Part shown: positions 53,265 to 63,897 of the stretch, one piece after another
Layout: the number at the start of each line of letters is the position of its first letter
Position numbering within the stretch: the stretch's first letter is position 1
Assembly (NCBI GenBank): GCA_038327385.1
Contig: JBBQKY010000001.1
Location: 4,218 to 68,217 of the forward strand
From: Propionibacteriales bacterium
GTDB taxonomy: Bacteria > Actinomycetota > Actinomycetes > Propionibacteriales > Nocardioidaceae
DNA length: 64,000 nucleotides
Direction: 5' to 3'
Translations under genes and position numbers: made by a program
The notes under the pieces: model-generated
What the model was told of the DNA's origin: nothing
Databases searched by the model: none
The model's input: only the letters and a program-made list of their open reading frames with translations

Positions 53265-54725
53265 GTGAGCGCCTCTCGACCTGGCTGGCTGGCGTCCGCG
53301 GACCGGCTGTCACCGTGGCAGCAGGTCCGGGCGGCTGTCGTCGGCGGGCTCGGCGTCTCCGGTTTCGCCGCCGCGGACGCGCTGGTCCACCTGGGGGCCC
53401 AGGTCGTCGTACTCGACGACGGGACCAGCGCTTCGGGCCGCGACAGGGCGACGCTTCTCGAGATCCTCGGAGCCGACGTACGGATGGGTCCCGGCTCCAC
53501 GAGCGCGCTCCCGACCGGGCTCGATCTTGTCGTCACCGCCCCCGGCCTGCCGCCCGGCACCGCGCTGCTCGTCGAGGCCGCGGCTGGCGGGCTCCCGGTG
53601 TGGGGCGAGGTGGAGCTGGCCTGGCGGCTCCGGCATCCGAGCCGACCGGCGCCTTGGCTGTGCGTCACCGGGACGAACGGCAAGACCACAACGGTGCAGA
53701 TGCTCACGGCGATGCTGCAGGCCGACGGGCGGCGGACGGTGGCCTCGGGCAACGTAGGACTCGCGCTCTGCGAGGTCGTGATGGACCCCGCGCCGTACGA
53801 CGTGCTCGCCGTCGAGCTGTCGTCACAGCAGCTGTACCGGATGCAGTCGCTGTCCGCCGAGGCGTCCGTGGTCCTCAACCTCGCTCCGGACCATCTGTCC
53901 TGGCACGGCGACATGGCGGGGTACCGGGCGGCCAAGGCGAAGGTCTACCACAACTGCCAGCTGGCCTGTGTCTACAACGTCGAGGATCCCAGCACCCGCC
54001 AGCTGGTCGAGGAGGCAGAGGTGGTCGAGGGGTGCCGCGCCATCGGGTTCACCCTGGGCGTGCCCGGCGTCGGGATGCTGGGAGTCGTCGACGGCGTGTT
54101 GGCCGACCGTGCCTTCGTCGAGTCCCGGGCGTTCAACGCGGCGGAGCTGGCCCGGGTTGGCGACGTGCCGGGCGCTGCACCGCACAACGTCGCCAACGCG
54201 CTGGCGGCGGCTGCGCTCGCGCGAGCGCACGGGGTTGCCGCCCGCTCCGTGAGCCGCGGCCTGCAAGGCTTTCGACTGGACCGGCACCGGGTGAGCCTCG
54301 TCGACAACGTTGACGGGGTCAGCTTCATCGACGACTCCAAGGCGACGAACCCCTCCGCTGCCCGGGCCTCGCTGCAGGCCTACGGGTCGGTCGTCTGGGT
54401 CGCCGGCGGCCTGGCGAAGGGGGCGGACTTCAACGATCTGGTGAGCGGCGTGGGTGAGCGCCTGCGAGCCGCCGTGCTGCTCGGCGCCGACCGCGGGCTG
54501 ATCGCAGCGGCCCTTCGACGACACGCTGCGGATGTCCCGGTGATCGACGTTCCGGGCACCGACACTGGTGCCATGGAACGCGTGGTCGCGGCGGCCGCGG
54601 CGCTCGCCCAGCCCGGCGACACCGTGCTGCTCGCCCCGGCGTGCGCGTCCCAGGACATGTTCGCGGATTACGCGGCGCGCGGCGACGCCTTCGTCGCGGC
54701 GGTCAGGAAGCTCCGCGCACGCTGA
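53265..54725 (+). CDS. murD: UDP-N-acetylmuramoylalanine--D-glutamate ligase
   Basis: 486 aa from GTG 53265. VTGTNGKTTTVQML is the P-loop. FIDDSKATN is also present. The longer ORF start would overlap mraY. Confidence 0.9.
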   Translation: MSASRPGWLASADRLSPWQQVRAAVVGGLGVSGFAAADALVHLGAQVVVLDDGTSASGRDRATLLEILGADVRMGPGSTSALPTGLDLVVTAPGLPPGTALLVEAAAGGLPVWGEVELAWRLRHPSRPAPWLCVTGTNGKTTTVQMLTAMLQADGRRTVASGNVGLALCEVVMDPAPYDVLAVELSSQQLYRMQSLSAEASVVLNLAPDHLSWHGDMAGYRAAKAKVYHNCQLACVYNVEDPSTRQLVEEAEVVEGCRAIGFTLGVPGVGMLGVVDGVLADRAFVESRAFNAAELARVGDVPGAAPHNVANALAAAALARAHGVAARSVSRGLQGFRLDRHRVSLVDNVDGVSFIDDSKATNPSAARASLQAYGSVVWVAGGLAKGADFNDLVSGVGERLRAAVLLGADRGLIAAALRRHAADVPVIDVPGTDTGAMERVVAAAAALAQPGDTVLLAPACASQDMFADYAARGDAFVAAVRKLRAR

Positions 54726-54776
54726 GCACGGCTCGCGTCGGTCACCTGTCGGCGAGGCACACGAGGAAGGGCGGAC

Positions 54777-56024
54777 GTGGCGACAGCGAGTGAGGAGAGC
54801 TGGCGCATCGACGTCAGCGCGCCGGGTCTGCGCGCGGCGCTCAAACGAACGCTCGACAAGCCACTGACCTCCTACCACCTCGTGCTGGGCGTCTCCGGCC
54901 TGCTGTTGGCCCTCGGCCTGCTGATGGTGCTCAGCGCGTCGAGCGTCACGTCCCTCAACCAGTACGGCAACTCGTACGCGATCTTCGGCAAGCAGGCGCT
55001 CTGGGTCTGCGTGGGTGTCCCGCTGGCTCTGGTGGCGTCCTACCTGCCGATCGGCCTGATCCGATTCGGTGCCTGGTGGGCGCTGCTGCTCTCCGTCGGG
55101 CTCATCTGCCTCACCTACCTGCCCGGCTTCGGCGTATCGGTCAACGGGAACCGCAACTGGCTCTCGCTCGGTGGCCCGTTCCTCATCCAGCCCTCCGAGC
55201 TCGCCAAGCTCGCCATGGTGCTGTGGTGCGCCGATGTCTTCAGCCGCAAGGACAGGTTGCTCACCCAGTGGCGTCACGTGCTGATCCCGATGATGCCCGT
55301 TTGCGCCGTGGTAGTGGGGCTGGTGGTCCTGCAAGGCGACCTCGGCACCGCGTTGGTGCTCTTCGCCATCGTCCTCGGCATGCTGTGGGTCGTGGGTGCT
55401 CCGGCGCGGCTGTTCATCGGCTCCTTCCTCGTCGTCGGCGTGCTCGCGTTCGGGCTTGCCGCCTCCCAGCCGGAGCGGGTCGCCCGGCTCACCGGCTTCC
55501 TCAACCCGATCGCCGACTACGGCACCCAGGGATGGCAGGCCAGCCACGGTTTCTTTGCTCTGGCGACCGGCGGACTCTGGGGCTCCGGGATCGGCGCCAG
55601 CAGCCAGAAGTGGGGGAACCTCCCGGGGGCGCACACGGACTTCATCTTTGCCATCATCGGTGAGGAGTTCGGGCTCTTCGGCACGCTCGTGGTGCTGGCC
55701 CTGTTCGTGACGCTGGCCTACGCGGGCATCCGGATCGCCGCGCGGTCCCCGAACAGGTTCGTGCGCTACGCGTCCGCCGGCATCGTCGTGTGGCTGCTCT
55801 CCCAGGCAATGATCAACATCGGGATGGTGCTCGGGCTGCTGCCGGTCATCGGCATCCCGCTGCCACTCATCTCCTACGGCGGCTCGGCGCTCGTTCCTAC
55901 GCTCGTCTCGCTCGGACTGCTGCTCGGCTTCTCTCGCACCGAGCCGGCGGCGCAGGCGGCACTGCTCGAACGCCGCCTGGAGCGGCGCCGGCGGCGGGGC
56001 AGGCCGAGCCGACAGGACACCTAG
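54777..56024 (+). CDS. ftsW: SEDS-family peptidoglycan glycosyltransferase / lipid II flippase FtsW
   Basis: 415 aa and multi-TM. IQPSELAKLA, HTDFIFAIIGEEFG and PLPLISYGGSA are SEDS motifs. Confidence 0.9.
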   Translation: MATASEESWRIDVSAPGLRAALKRTLDKPLTSYHLVLGVSGLLLALGLLMVLSASSVTSLNQYGNSYAIFGKQALWVCVGVPLALVASYLPIGLIRFGAWWALLLSVGLICLTYLPGFGVSVNGNRNWLSLGGPFLIQPSELAKLAMVLWCADVFSRKDRLLTQWRHVLIPMMPVCAVVVGLVVLQGDLGTALVLFAIVLGMLWVVGAPARLFIGSFLVVGVLAFGLAASQPERVARLTGFLNPIADYGTQGWQASHGFFALATGGLWGSGIGASSQKWGNLPGAHTDFIFAIIGEEFGLFGTLVVLALFVTLAYAGIRIAARSPNRFVRYASAGIVVWLLSQAMINIGMVLGLLPVIGIPLPLISYGGSALVPTLVSLGLLLGFSRTEPAAQAALLERRLERRRRRGRPSRQDT

Positions 56025-56027
56025 CCG

Positions 56028-57125
56028 GTGGCGGGAGTGCGCGCCCTCCTTGCCGGCGGCGGCTCGGCAGGGCATACGTCGCCGATGCTCGCGACCGCCG
56101 ACGCGATGACACGGCTGGCGCCGGAGGTCCACATCGTCTGTGTGGGCACGGCACGCGGCCTGGAGACGCGCGTGGTCCCGGCGGCCGGTTACCCCCTCGA
56201 GCTGATCCCGCCCGTACCGCTACCCCGCCAGGTCGGCATGGGGCTGGTACGGGTTCCGGGACGGCTGCGGGCCGCCGTCCGGGCCACCAGCGAGGTCCTG
56301 GGGCGGGTCGACCCCGACGTGGTCGTGGGCTTCGGCGGCTACGTCTCGATGCCTGTCTATCTCGCGACCCGGCGGCTGCGCCTTCCCCTTGTGGTCCACG
56401 AGGGGAACGCGCTGCCGGGGCTCGCCAACCGCTTCGGTGCCCGCTTCTGCACCGACCAGGTGGCGACCTCGTTCCCGGACACCCGGCTTCCGCACGCCAC
56501 GTTCACGGGACTGCCGATCCGGCGCGCCATCTCTACCCTCGACCGTAGGTCGACCCGCTCCGATGCCTGTCGGGAGTTCGGTCTGGACCCCACGCTGCCC
56601 ACGCTGCTGGTTACCGGAGGCTCGCAGGGTTCCGCGCGCATCAACGCGACGATGGGAGGAGCGGCGAAGGCACTGGCGAGCGCGGGCGTCCAGGTCCTGC
56701 ACGTCACCGGACCGGCGGGCACCGTGGAGCGCGGTCCGGACGCCATGGCCGGGTCGCCGGCGTACGTCGTCGTGCCGTTCGTGGACAAGATGGAACGCGC
56801 GTACTCCGTCGCGGACGCCACGGTCTCCCGGGCCGGCGCCAACTCCGTGACCGAGGCAGCGGTTCTCGGGCTACCCGCCGTCTTCGTCCCGCTGCCGATC
56901 GGCAACGGGGAGCAGCGGCTGAACGCCGCGGCTCTGGTCGAGGCCGGCGGTGCGCTCATGGTGGATGACGGCGCGTTCACCGTCGCCTGGGCAGAGGAGG
57001 TGCTGCCCGCGCTGCTGACCGACCCAGCCCGGCTGGCGCGAATGGGAGCGGCGGCCCAGGGCTTGATCCGGCCGGACGCGGACGAGGTGCTCGCACGGAT
57101 GGTGTTCGCGGCGGTCTCGACGTGA
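56028..57125 (+). CDS. murG: UDP-N-acetylglucosamine--N-acetylmuramyl-(pentapeptide) pyrophosphoryl-undecaprenol GlcNAc transferase
   Basis: 365 aa. LAGGGSAGHTSP, LLVTGGSQGS and RAGANSVTEAAVLGLPAVFVPLP are present. Confidence 0.9.
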   Translation: MAGVRALLAGGGSAGHTSPMLATADAMTRLAPEVHIVCVGTARGLETRVVPAAGYPLELIPPVPLPRQVGMGLVRVPGRLRAAVRATSEVLGRVDPDVVVGFGGYVSMPVYLATRRLRLPLVVHEGNALPGLANRFGARFCTDQVATSFPDTRLPHATFTGLPIRRAISTLDRRSTRSDACREFGLDPTLPTLLVTGGSQGSARINATMGGAAKALASAGVQVLHVTGPAGTVERGPDAMAGSPAYVVVPFVDKMERAYSVADATVSRAGANSVTEAAVLGLPAVFVPLPIGNGEQRLNAAALVEAGGALMVDDGAFTVAWAEEVLPALLTDPARLARMGAAAQGLIRPDADEVLARMVFAAVST

Positions 57126-58549
57126 GAGTGCCCGTGCCGCAGCAGATACCTCCTCCGGAGGACCTTGGCCGTGTCCACTTCGTCGGCATCGGAGGAGCCG
57201 CACTGTCGGGGCTTGCCCGGCTGATGGCCGCCCGGGGCATGCTGGTGTCCGGCAGCGACGCCCAGGACTCCCCGGTGCTCGGCTCCCTCGCCGACCTCGG
57301 CATCCGGTGTTTCGTCGGCCACCGGGCGAGTCACGTGCAGGGCGCGGACACGGTGGTCGTCTCGACGGCAGTGCCGGCGGACAACCCGGAGGTCGTCCGG
57401 GCCACCGCCCTTGGGCTGCGGCTGTGGCCGCGTTCCGCAGCTGTGCAGTCGTTGCTCCTCGGACGGCGTGCGGTGGTCGTCACGGGGACCCACGGGAAGA
57501 CGACGACGACCGCCATGCTGGTCACTGCTCTGCTGGAAAGCGGTGCCGACCCGTCGTACGCGATCGGCTCCACGCTGGTGTCCTCGGGACTGAACGCCGC
57601 GGCCGGCACCGACCCGCTCTTCGTGGCTGAGGGGGACGAGAGCGACGCCGCCATCTTGGTGTACGAGCCATACGGCGCCGTGGTCACGAACGTCGATGTC
57701 GACCACCTCGACTTCTTCGGCACTCCGGATGCCTATGCAGCCGTGTTCGACGCATTCCTCCTGAAGGTCGCTGCCGACGGCTTCTGTGTCTGCGGCGTCG
57801 ACGACGCGGGCGGACGGCGGCTTGCCGAGCGGAGCGTTGGCCGTGGACTGCGCAGCATCACCGTCGGGACGTCGGTGGAGGCAACGATGCGAGCGGTCGA
57901 CGTCAGAGCAGGGCAGCACGGCTCGTCCAGCCGGGTGGTCCAGGATGGGAAGCCGCTCGGCGACCTCAGGCTGCTGGTGCCCGGTCCGTCGTACGTCGTC
58001 GACGCCCTCGCCGCCCTGGCAGCCGGGCTGGAGCTCGGCTACCGGTTCGACGACCTGACCCGTGGGCTCGCCGGTTTCCGTGGCAGCAGCCGGCGCATGG
58101 AGCGCAAGGGGACAGCCGCCGGAGTCGTCGTCTACGACAGCTACGCACATCACCCGGCCGAGATCAAAGCCGACCTGCGCGCTGCCCGGGATCTCGCAGG
58201 TCATGGCCGCGTCGTCGTCTGCTTTCAGCCGCACCTGTTCAGCAGGACGCGGCTGCTCGGAGCACAGATGGGAGCCGAGCTCGGGGCGGCGGACACGGTG
58301 GTGGTGATGGATGTCTACCCGGCAAGGGAAACGCCGGAGCCCGGCATCTCGGGAGCACTCGTTGCCGACAACGTGCCCCTCCCGAGCGATGACGTGGTGT
58401 ACGAGCCGAGCTGGGGCCGTGTGGTGGGGCGGCTCCTCGGCATCGCTCGAGAGGGAGACCTCGTCCTGACCCTGGGCGCCGGCGACGTCACTGCGGTCGG
58501 GCCGGCGCTGCTCAGCCGGCTTGGTGAAACACAGAAGGAGCGGGCATGA
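57122..58549 (+). CDS. murC: UDP-N-acetylmuramate--L-alanine ligase
   Basis: 475 aa. VHFVGIGGAALSGLA, VTGTHGKTTTTAML and YDSYAHHPAEI are present. The GTGA start overlaps the murG stop. Confidence 0.9.
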   Translation: MRVPVPQQIPPPEDLGRVHFVGIGGAALSGLARLMAARGMLVSGSDAQDSPVLGSLADLGIRCFVGHRASHVQGADTVVVSTAVPADNPEVVRATALGLRLWPRSAAVQSLLLGRRAVVVTGTHGKTTTTAMLVTALLESGADPSYAIGSTLVSSGLNAAAGTDPLFVAEGDESDAAILVYEPYGAVVTNVDVDHLDFFGTPDAYAAVFDAFLLKVAADGFCVCGVDDAGGRRLAERSVGRGLRSITVGTSVEATMRAVDVRAGQHGSSSRVVQDGKPLGDLRLLVPGPSYVVDALAALAAGLELGYRFDDLTRGLAGFRGSSRRMERKGTAAGVVVYDSYAHHPAEIKADLRAARDLAGHGRVVVCFQPHLFSRTRLLGAQMGAELGAADTVVVMDVYPARETPEPGISGALVADNVPLPSDDVVYEPSWGRVVGRLLGIAREGDLVLTLGAGDVTAVGPALLSRLGETQKERA

Positions 58550-59271
58550 CGACACAGACGCGTGACGCGGTGACGGGGATCGCCCACCGTCGGTGGGCCA
58601 GGAGGCTTCGTGCCTGGCGCCGGTGGCTGGTCGACGCAGCCGTGCTCGCAGCTGTGGCCGCCGTGGCGTGGATCGTTCTCATCTCCTCGTGGCTCGGGGT
58701 CCACACCGTCTTGGTCAAGGGCACCGGTGCAACGCCTGACGCTGCGGTGGTACGCGCAGCTGCCATCGCCGCCGGGACGCCATTGGCGCGCGTCGACCTC
58801 ACTCACGTGCGAGCGCGGGTCGAGGCCATCCCCACCGTTGCCTCGGCAAGCGTCACGCGCAGCTGGCCGAACACGATCGTGGTCCAGGTCGCCGAGCGCC
58901 GCCCCGTCGCCACCGTCTTCCGCGACGGGAGCTGGCGTCTGCTGGATTCGACCGGGGTCATCTACCTGACGACACCCGCGCGAGATCCAGCTCTGCCGGT
59001 CGTGGAGCTGGATGGCCTGCCCGGTCCGCAGACGCTCCCGCAGCTGGCTGCCGTGCTGAAAGCGCTCCCGCCTGACTTGCTGTCTCGTACGGGCCGGCTC
59101 CGCGCTGCGTCCATGGACTCGATCACGCTCCTGTTGAAGGACGGGCGGCAGGTGCAGTGGGGGAGCGCTGCCGAGTCGGCTCAGAAGGCGGCTGTCCTCG
59201 CGGTTCTCTTGCACGGAAAGGCTCAAGCGATCGACGTGAGCGTCCCTTCTCACCCGGCGACGCGACCGTGA
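58546..59271 (+). CDS. ftsQ: Cell division protein FtsQ (POTRA domain)
   Basis: 241 aa. One TM helix is followed by VLVKGTGATPDAAVVRAAAI...WPNTIVVQVAERRPVA, which is POTRA-like. The ATGA start overlaps the murC stop. Confidence 0.8.
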   Translation: MTTQTRDAVTGIAHRRWARRLRAWRRWLVDAAVLAAVAAVAWIVLISSWLGVHTVLVKGTGATPDAAVVRAAAIAAGTPLARVDLTHVRARVEAIPTVASASVTRSWPNTIVVQVAERRPVATVFRDGSWRLLDSTGVIYLTTPARDPALPVVELDGLPGPQTLPQLAAVLKALPPDLLSRTGRLRAASMDSITLLLKDGRQVQWGSAAESAQKAAVLAVLLHGKAQAIDVSVPSHPATRP

Positions 59272-59543
59272 GCGTTCTGCACCTCCGTCGTACATCCGCA
59301 ACCTCACGTCGAGGTCCAGTCTTTGGGCTGCCGGCAGGCTTGCTCGTGTTCAGCGCTGTGCCCTAAGTTGTTCCGTGAGGTCGACCTCCCGCCAACTCTC
59401 AAATTGAAGTGCAGATTCAGAGTTGACGGGTTCCCCCCACCTCCGCACCGTTGAACCCCCGATCCGCGCCTCCTGGGCACACGGCGGGCCCATTCCCGGC
59501 AGCGCGTCTCGACGCTGCCCTGACCCTCCTGAGAGGCATCATC

Positions 59544-60725
59544 GTGGCAGCACCGCAGAACTATCTCGCGGTCATCAAGGTTGTGGGCATCGGCGGGGGC
59601 GGCGTCAACGCGATAAACCGGATGATCGAGGTCGGCCTGAAGGGCGTGGAGTTCATCGCCATCAACACCGACGCGCAGGCGCTGCTGATGAGCGACGCTG
59701 ACGTCAAGCTCGACATCGGTCGGGAGCTGACCCGTGGGCTGGGCGCTGGAGCCGACCCGGAAGTCGGCGCCCGCGCTGCCGAGGATCATGCGGACGAGGT
59801 CGAGGAGGTGCTCAAGGGCGCGGACATGGTCTTCGTGACGGCTGGCGAGGGCGGCGGCACCGGCACCGGCGGCGCTCCTGTCGTCGCTCGGATCGCCAGG
59901 TCGCTTGGTGCCCTGACGATCGGCGTGGTCACCCGACCCTTCGCGTTCGAGGGCCGTCGTCGGGCGAACCAGGCCGAGGTAGGCATCGACGGGCTCCGGG
60001 AGGAGGTCGACACGCTGATCGTGATCCCCAACGACCGGCTGCTGTCGATCTCCGACCGCAGTGTGTCCATCCTCGATGCCTTCAAGCAGGCAGACCAGGT
60101 CCTGCTTCAGGGCGTCTCCGGCATCACGGACCTCATCACGACGCCTGGTCTCATCAACCTCGACTTCGCCGATGTAAAGTCGGTGATGGCCAACGCCGGC
60201 TCAGCGCTGATGGGCATCGGACGCGCGAACGGGGAGGACCGAGCAGTCGTGGCCGCCGAGATGGCGGTTTCCAGCCCGCTTCTCGAAGCATCGATCGACG
60301 GCGCGCACGGTGTGCTGCTGTCGATATCCGGCGGGTCCGACCTCGGCCTCTTCGAGATCAACGAGGCCGCCGCACTCGTGTCGCAGGCAGCCCACGCCGA
60401 GGCCAACATCATCTTCGGCGCCGTGATCGACGACGCGCTCGGTGACGAGGTCCGGGTCACGGTGATCGCGGCAGGATTCGACGGCGGCATGCCCAAGCGC
60501 CGCGACCAGAGCCAGCCGGCCCTGCGTCGCGACCCGGCGGGGCAGCACCCGGGCGGCGGGCCGGGTGCGGCGAGACCCGCCCCGGGACAGCCCGCGGCAG
60601 CTGGCGCGGCACCTGTGCCGGCCCCGCAGCCGGCAGCGTCGACAGGCACCGGGCCGCAGCGCCCGAACCGCCAGGTGTCCTTTGACGACAACGAGGATCT
60701 CGACGTTCCCGACTTCCTGAAGTAG
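59544..60725 (+). CDS. ftsZ: Cell division GTPase FtsZ
   Basis: 393 aa from GTG 59544, with GAGAGG upstream. [17 protein letters not shown] and [15 protein letters not shown] are the tubulin signature. The C-terminal DLDVPDFLK is the conserved tail. Confidence 0.95.
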   Translation: MAAPQNYLAVIKVVGIGGGGVNAINRMIEVGLKGVEFIAINTDAQALLMSDADVKLDIGRELTRGLGAGADPEVGARAAEDHADEVEEVLKGADMVFVTAGEGGGTGTGGAPVVARIARSLGALTIGVVTRPFAFEGRRRANQAEVGIDGLREEVDTLIVIPNDRLLSISDRSVSILDAFKQADQVLLQGVSGITDLITTPGLINLDFADVKSVMANAGSALMGIGRANGEDRAVVAAEMAVSSPLLEASIDGAHGVLLSISGGSDLGLFEINEAAALVSQAAHAEANIIFGAVIDDALGDEVRVTVIAAGFDGGMPKRRDQSQPALRRDPAGQHPGGGPGAARPAPGQPAAAGAAPVPAPQPAASTGTGPQRPNRQVSFDDNEDLDVPDFLK

Positions 60726-60728
60726 TCG

Positions 60729-61484
60729 GTGTTCGCCAGCCGGGACCGTCGACACGGCGGGGGCCACGTCGTCGACGTCGCGTTCACCGATCGATCGGGC
60801 GGACTCAGCACCGGCGACTTCGCGAGTCTCGATCTAAGCCTCGGACCCGAGGGGGGCCGACAGCCGGACCGGGCGGCGAACTGGTCGCTGCTCGCACAGG
60901 CCTTCGGCGTCGACCACCTGGTGGCGATGCGTCAGGTCCACGGCTCGGACGTTGTCGAGATTGGCAGTGCCGAGCCCGTGCCGCCGACGTGTGACGCCCT
61001 GGTCACCAGCACTATGGGGCTCGCCCTCCTCGTGCGCGCAGCAGACTGCGTGCCGGTGGTCCTTGCCGACGTGACGATGGGTGTCATCGGAGTCGTCCAT
61101 GCCGGCCGCCGGGGCATCGTCGCAGGAGTCGTCCACGCCGCGATTCAGACGATGCGCGAACGCGGTGCCGGTCAGATAGACGCCTGGGTCGGACCGCACA
61201 TCTGTGGCGGCTGCTACGAAGTGCCTGTCCTGATGCGTCGGGAGGTGGCGAACGTCGTGCCGGCCGCGTTCGCGTGTACGACGTGGGGGAGCCCCTCGCT
61301 CGACCTCGGCGCCGCCGTCTTCGCCCAGCTCGTCGCGGCCGGGTGCAGCCCGGTCGGGCAGCCGGCTCCGTGCACGCGCGAGAACGAGGACTTCTTCTCC
61401 TACCGCCGCCAGGGCGCGCAGTCCGGTCGCCAGGCGGGCATCGCCGTCCTCCGCCGTGCCGACTCAGTGGTCCCACCGGCGTGA
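60729..61484 (+). CDS. pgeF: Peptidoglycan editing factor PgeF (YfiH / laccase-domain protein)
   Basis: 251 aa. MRQVHGSDVV, RAADCVPVVLAD, VHAGRRG and GPHICGGCYEV are present. Confidence 0.85.
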   Translation: MFASRDRRHGGGHVVDVAFTDRSGGLSTGDFASLDLSLGPEGGRQPDRAANWSLLAQAFGVDHLVAMRQVHGSDVVEIGSAEPVPPTCDALVTSTMGLALLVRAADCVPVVLADVTMGVIGVVHAGRRGIVAGVVHAAIQTMRERGAGQIDAWVGPHICGGCYEVPVLMRREVANVVPAAFACTTWGSPSLDLGAAVFAQLVAAGCSPVGQPAPCTRENEDFFSYRRQGAQSGRQAGIAVLRRADSVVPPA

Positions 61485-62191
61485 CCGTGTCCCGGCGAGG
61501 CGACGAGATTGCCACGAACCTGCGGTCCGTCCGCGCGCGCATCGCCGACGCGGCAAGGTCGGCGCACCGCGATCCGGCCGAGCTCACGCTCATCGTCGTC
61601 ACCAAGACGTTCGCTGCCGACGACATCCGCTTGCTGCACGATCTCGGGGTCCGAGACGTCGGAGAGAACCGGCATCCCGAAGCCGGTGGCAAGGCAGCCG
61701 AGCTGCACGACCTGGATCTGACGTGGCACTTCGTCGGCCAGGTGCAGTCGAACAAGGCTGCGGCGGTGGCGTCGTACGCAGACCTCGTGCACTCCGTCGA
61801 CTCGGCTCGCATCGCCGAGCGTCTCGGCGCCGGAGCCAGCCGCCGGGCCCGCGTCGTCACGGCTCTCATCCAGGTCAACCTGGACAGCGCCGGACCCGGC
61901 ACCGGACGAGGCGGTGCCACGCCCGACGCCGTCGTGGCCCTCGCGCAGCAGGTCGCCAGCACGGATGGGCTGGTGCTGGGTGGGCTGATGGGCGTGGCGC
62001 CGCGAGGCGAGCCCCCGACTCCCGCCTTCCACCGGCTGGCGGAGATGTGGCAGCACGTCCGGAGCTCCCATCCGGGCGCGAACGTGCTGTCGGCGGGGAT
62101 GAGCGGTGACTTTCGGGAGGCAATCGCTGCCGGCGCGACACACGTGCGTGTCGGCAGCGCAGTGCTCGGAAGCCGGCCGGCGCTCCGGTAG
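61481..62191 (+). CDS. yggS: YggS/YlmE family pyridoxal-phosphate homeostasis protein
   Basis: 236 aa from GTG 61481, which overlaps the pgeF stop as GTGA. LIVVTKTF carries the PLP Lys. GENRHPEA, WHFVGQVQSNK and LSAGMSGDFREAI are also present. Confidence 0.85.
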   Translation: MTVSRRGDEIATNLRSVRARIADAARSAHRDPAELTLIVVTKTFAADDIRLLHDLGVRDVGENRHPEAGGKAAELHDLDLTWHFVGQVQSNKAAAVASYADLVHSVDSARIAERLGAGASRRARVVTALIQVNLDSAGPGTGRGGATPDAVVALAQQVASTDGLVLGGLMGVAPRGEPPTPAFHRLAEMWQHVRSSHPGANVLSAGMSGDFREAIAAGATHVRVGSAVLGSRPALR

Positions 62192-62258
62192 TCTCGGCGC
62201 GGAACGAGCGCCGGTGCGGGTCGTTCGACAGGACTAGCGATGCGGAGGCGACCACGTC

Positions 62259-62762
62259 ATGGCGGGTGCAATGCGCAAGGTCGGTGTCTATCTCGGACTG
62301 CTCGAGGACTCTGACCGCTACGAGGACGACGACTACTCCGACGGGCCGCCGCAGCATGCGGGGGCCACGGTCATGCGGCCCGTCCAGCCGGCGCGTGACG
62401 ACAAGCCGACCCAGGTGGCGTCGCTGTCCGAGCGCCGTCGACCGGTTCCGGCCGCAGCCGCGGCCACGTCGCAGGTCGCCGAGCTGTCCCGCATCACGAC
62501 TCTGCACCCCCGCAACTACAACGAGGCGCGCACGATCGGAGAGCACTTCCGCGAAGGCATCCCCGTGATCATGAACCTCTCTGAGATGGACGACAGCGAC
62601 GCCAAGCGGCTCGTCGACTTCTCGGCGGGCTTGGTCTTCGCGGTCCGCGGCTCGATCGAGCGGGTCACCGCGAAGGTGTTCCTGCTGTCCCCGCCGAACG
62701 TGACAGTGGCGGCCGAGGACAAGCAGCGGATAGCCGAAGGCGGCTTCTTCAACCAAAGCTGA
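62259..62762 (+). CDS. sepF: Cell division protein SepF
   Basis: 167 aa. [65 protein letters not shown] is the SepF core. Confidence 0.9.
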   Translation: MAGAMRKVGVYLGLLEDSDRYEDDDYSDGPPQHAGATVMRPVQPARDDKPTQVASLSERRRPVPAAAAATSQVAELSRITTLHPRNYNEARTIGEHFREGIPVIMNLSEMDDSDAKRLVDFSAGLVFAVRGSIERVTAKVFLLSPPNVTVAAEDKQRIAEGGFFNQS

Positions 62763-62825
62763 GCCCGGCAGCGGGCCGTCGGTCGCCGTCGAAGTGCACC
62801 TTGGATCCGCCTATAGGCTTCGGAG

Positions 62826-63122
62826 GTGGCGGTTCTCGGCAGCATCATCGACCTGGTGCTCTGGCTCTGCATCCTGCTCTTGCTCACCCGGCTGGTCGTC
62901 GACTGGATTCAGATGTTTGCGCGCTCGTGGGTGCCGCGGGGGCCGGCGGTGGTGGCCCTGGAGATCATCTACTCGCTGACCGACCCGCCTATCCGCCTGA
63001 TTCGCCGGGTCGTGCCGCCGTTGCGGCTCGGCGGGATGACCCTCGACCTGACGATTCTTCTCGTCCTGCTGTTGTTCTACGCCCTGCGCATCATCAACAA
63101 CAGGCTGCTGCCGGTAGCCTGA
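62826..63122 (+). CDS. yggT: YggT/YlmG family membrane protein
   Basis: 98 aa with two TM helices. LTRLVVDWIQMFAR...IIYSLTDPPIRLIRRVVPPLRLGGMTLDL is the YggT pattern. Confidence 0.85.
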   Translation: MAVLGSIIDLVLWLCILLLLTRLVVDWIQMFARSWVPRGPAVVALEIIYSLTDPPIRLIRRVVPPLRLGGMTLDLTILLVLLLFYALRIINNRLLPVA

Positions 63123-63210
63123 CCGCCCCGGTGGCTGTCTTCGCGACCGGCAAGGCCGGTAGCGTTACCGTCCAGCTTGCGACTCCGTACCACCAAACTG
63201 AGGTGACTCC

Positions 63211-63897
63211 ATGCCTGTGACGCCCGAGGACGTGCAGAAGAAGACGTTCACGCCGGTCCGCCTCCGCGAGGGATACGACATGGGGGAGGTGGACCAGTTC
63301 CTCGACGAGGTCGAAGCGGAGCTGACCAGACTCCACCAGGAGATCGACGGCGGACGCTCGGGTGCCGACCAGCTCGACAATGCAGCCGGCGACGCGGCGG
63401 CGCCGCCCGCCACCGCTGCCGAGCTCGCCGGTGAGCTCCCGCCTCGTTCGGTCCCGGAGGCCTCGACCGCGGCGGCGCGGCTGCTCGAGCTCGCCACCAC
63501 GAGTGCCGACCAGCTCGTCGCGGAGGCGCAGGACAGTGCCACCAAGATCGTGGGGGATGCCCGCACGGACGCCGAGCGGCTCGAGACCGACACGCTGGCG
63601 AGGACCGAGCAGCTCGAGGCGGAAGCCAAGGCACGACTCGAGGCGCTCGACAAGGAGACCGCCGACCGTCGGCAGCAGATGTTGAGCGATCTCGAGCATG
63701 ACAAGGCAGCCTTGTCGCAGGACCTCGAGGACCTGCGTGCGTTCGAGCGCGAGTACCGCACCCGGCTGAAGGCATACTTCGAGGCGCAGCTGCAAACCCT
63801 CGACGGCGTGGCGGACACGCCGGCGCCTCCCCTGACCCCCTCGAGCGACGAGGAGGTCCCGAGCCGGCTCCGCGAGCTCCTCGGCGACGACGCCTGA
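63211..63897 (+). CDS. divIVA: DivIVA / Wag31 polar growth and division protein
   Basis: 228 aa. MPVTPEDVQKKTFTPVRLREGYDMGEVDQFLDEVEAEL is the DivIVA N-terminal lipid-binding domain. A coiled-coil C-terminus follows. Confidence 0.9.
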   Translation: MPVTPEDVQKKTFTPVRLREGYDMGEVDQFLDEVEAELTRLHQEIDGGRSGADQLDNAAGDAAAPPATAAELAGELPPRSVPEASTAAARLLELATTSADQLVAEAQDSATKIVGDARTDAERLETDTLARTEQLEAEAKARLEALDKETADRRQQMLSDLEHDKAALSQDLEDLRAFEREYRTRLKAYFEAQLQTLDGVADTPAPPLTPSSDEEVPSRLRELLGDDA

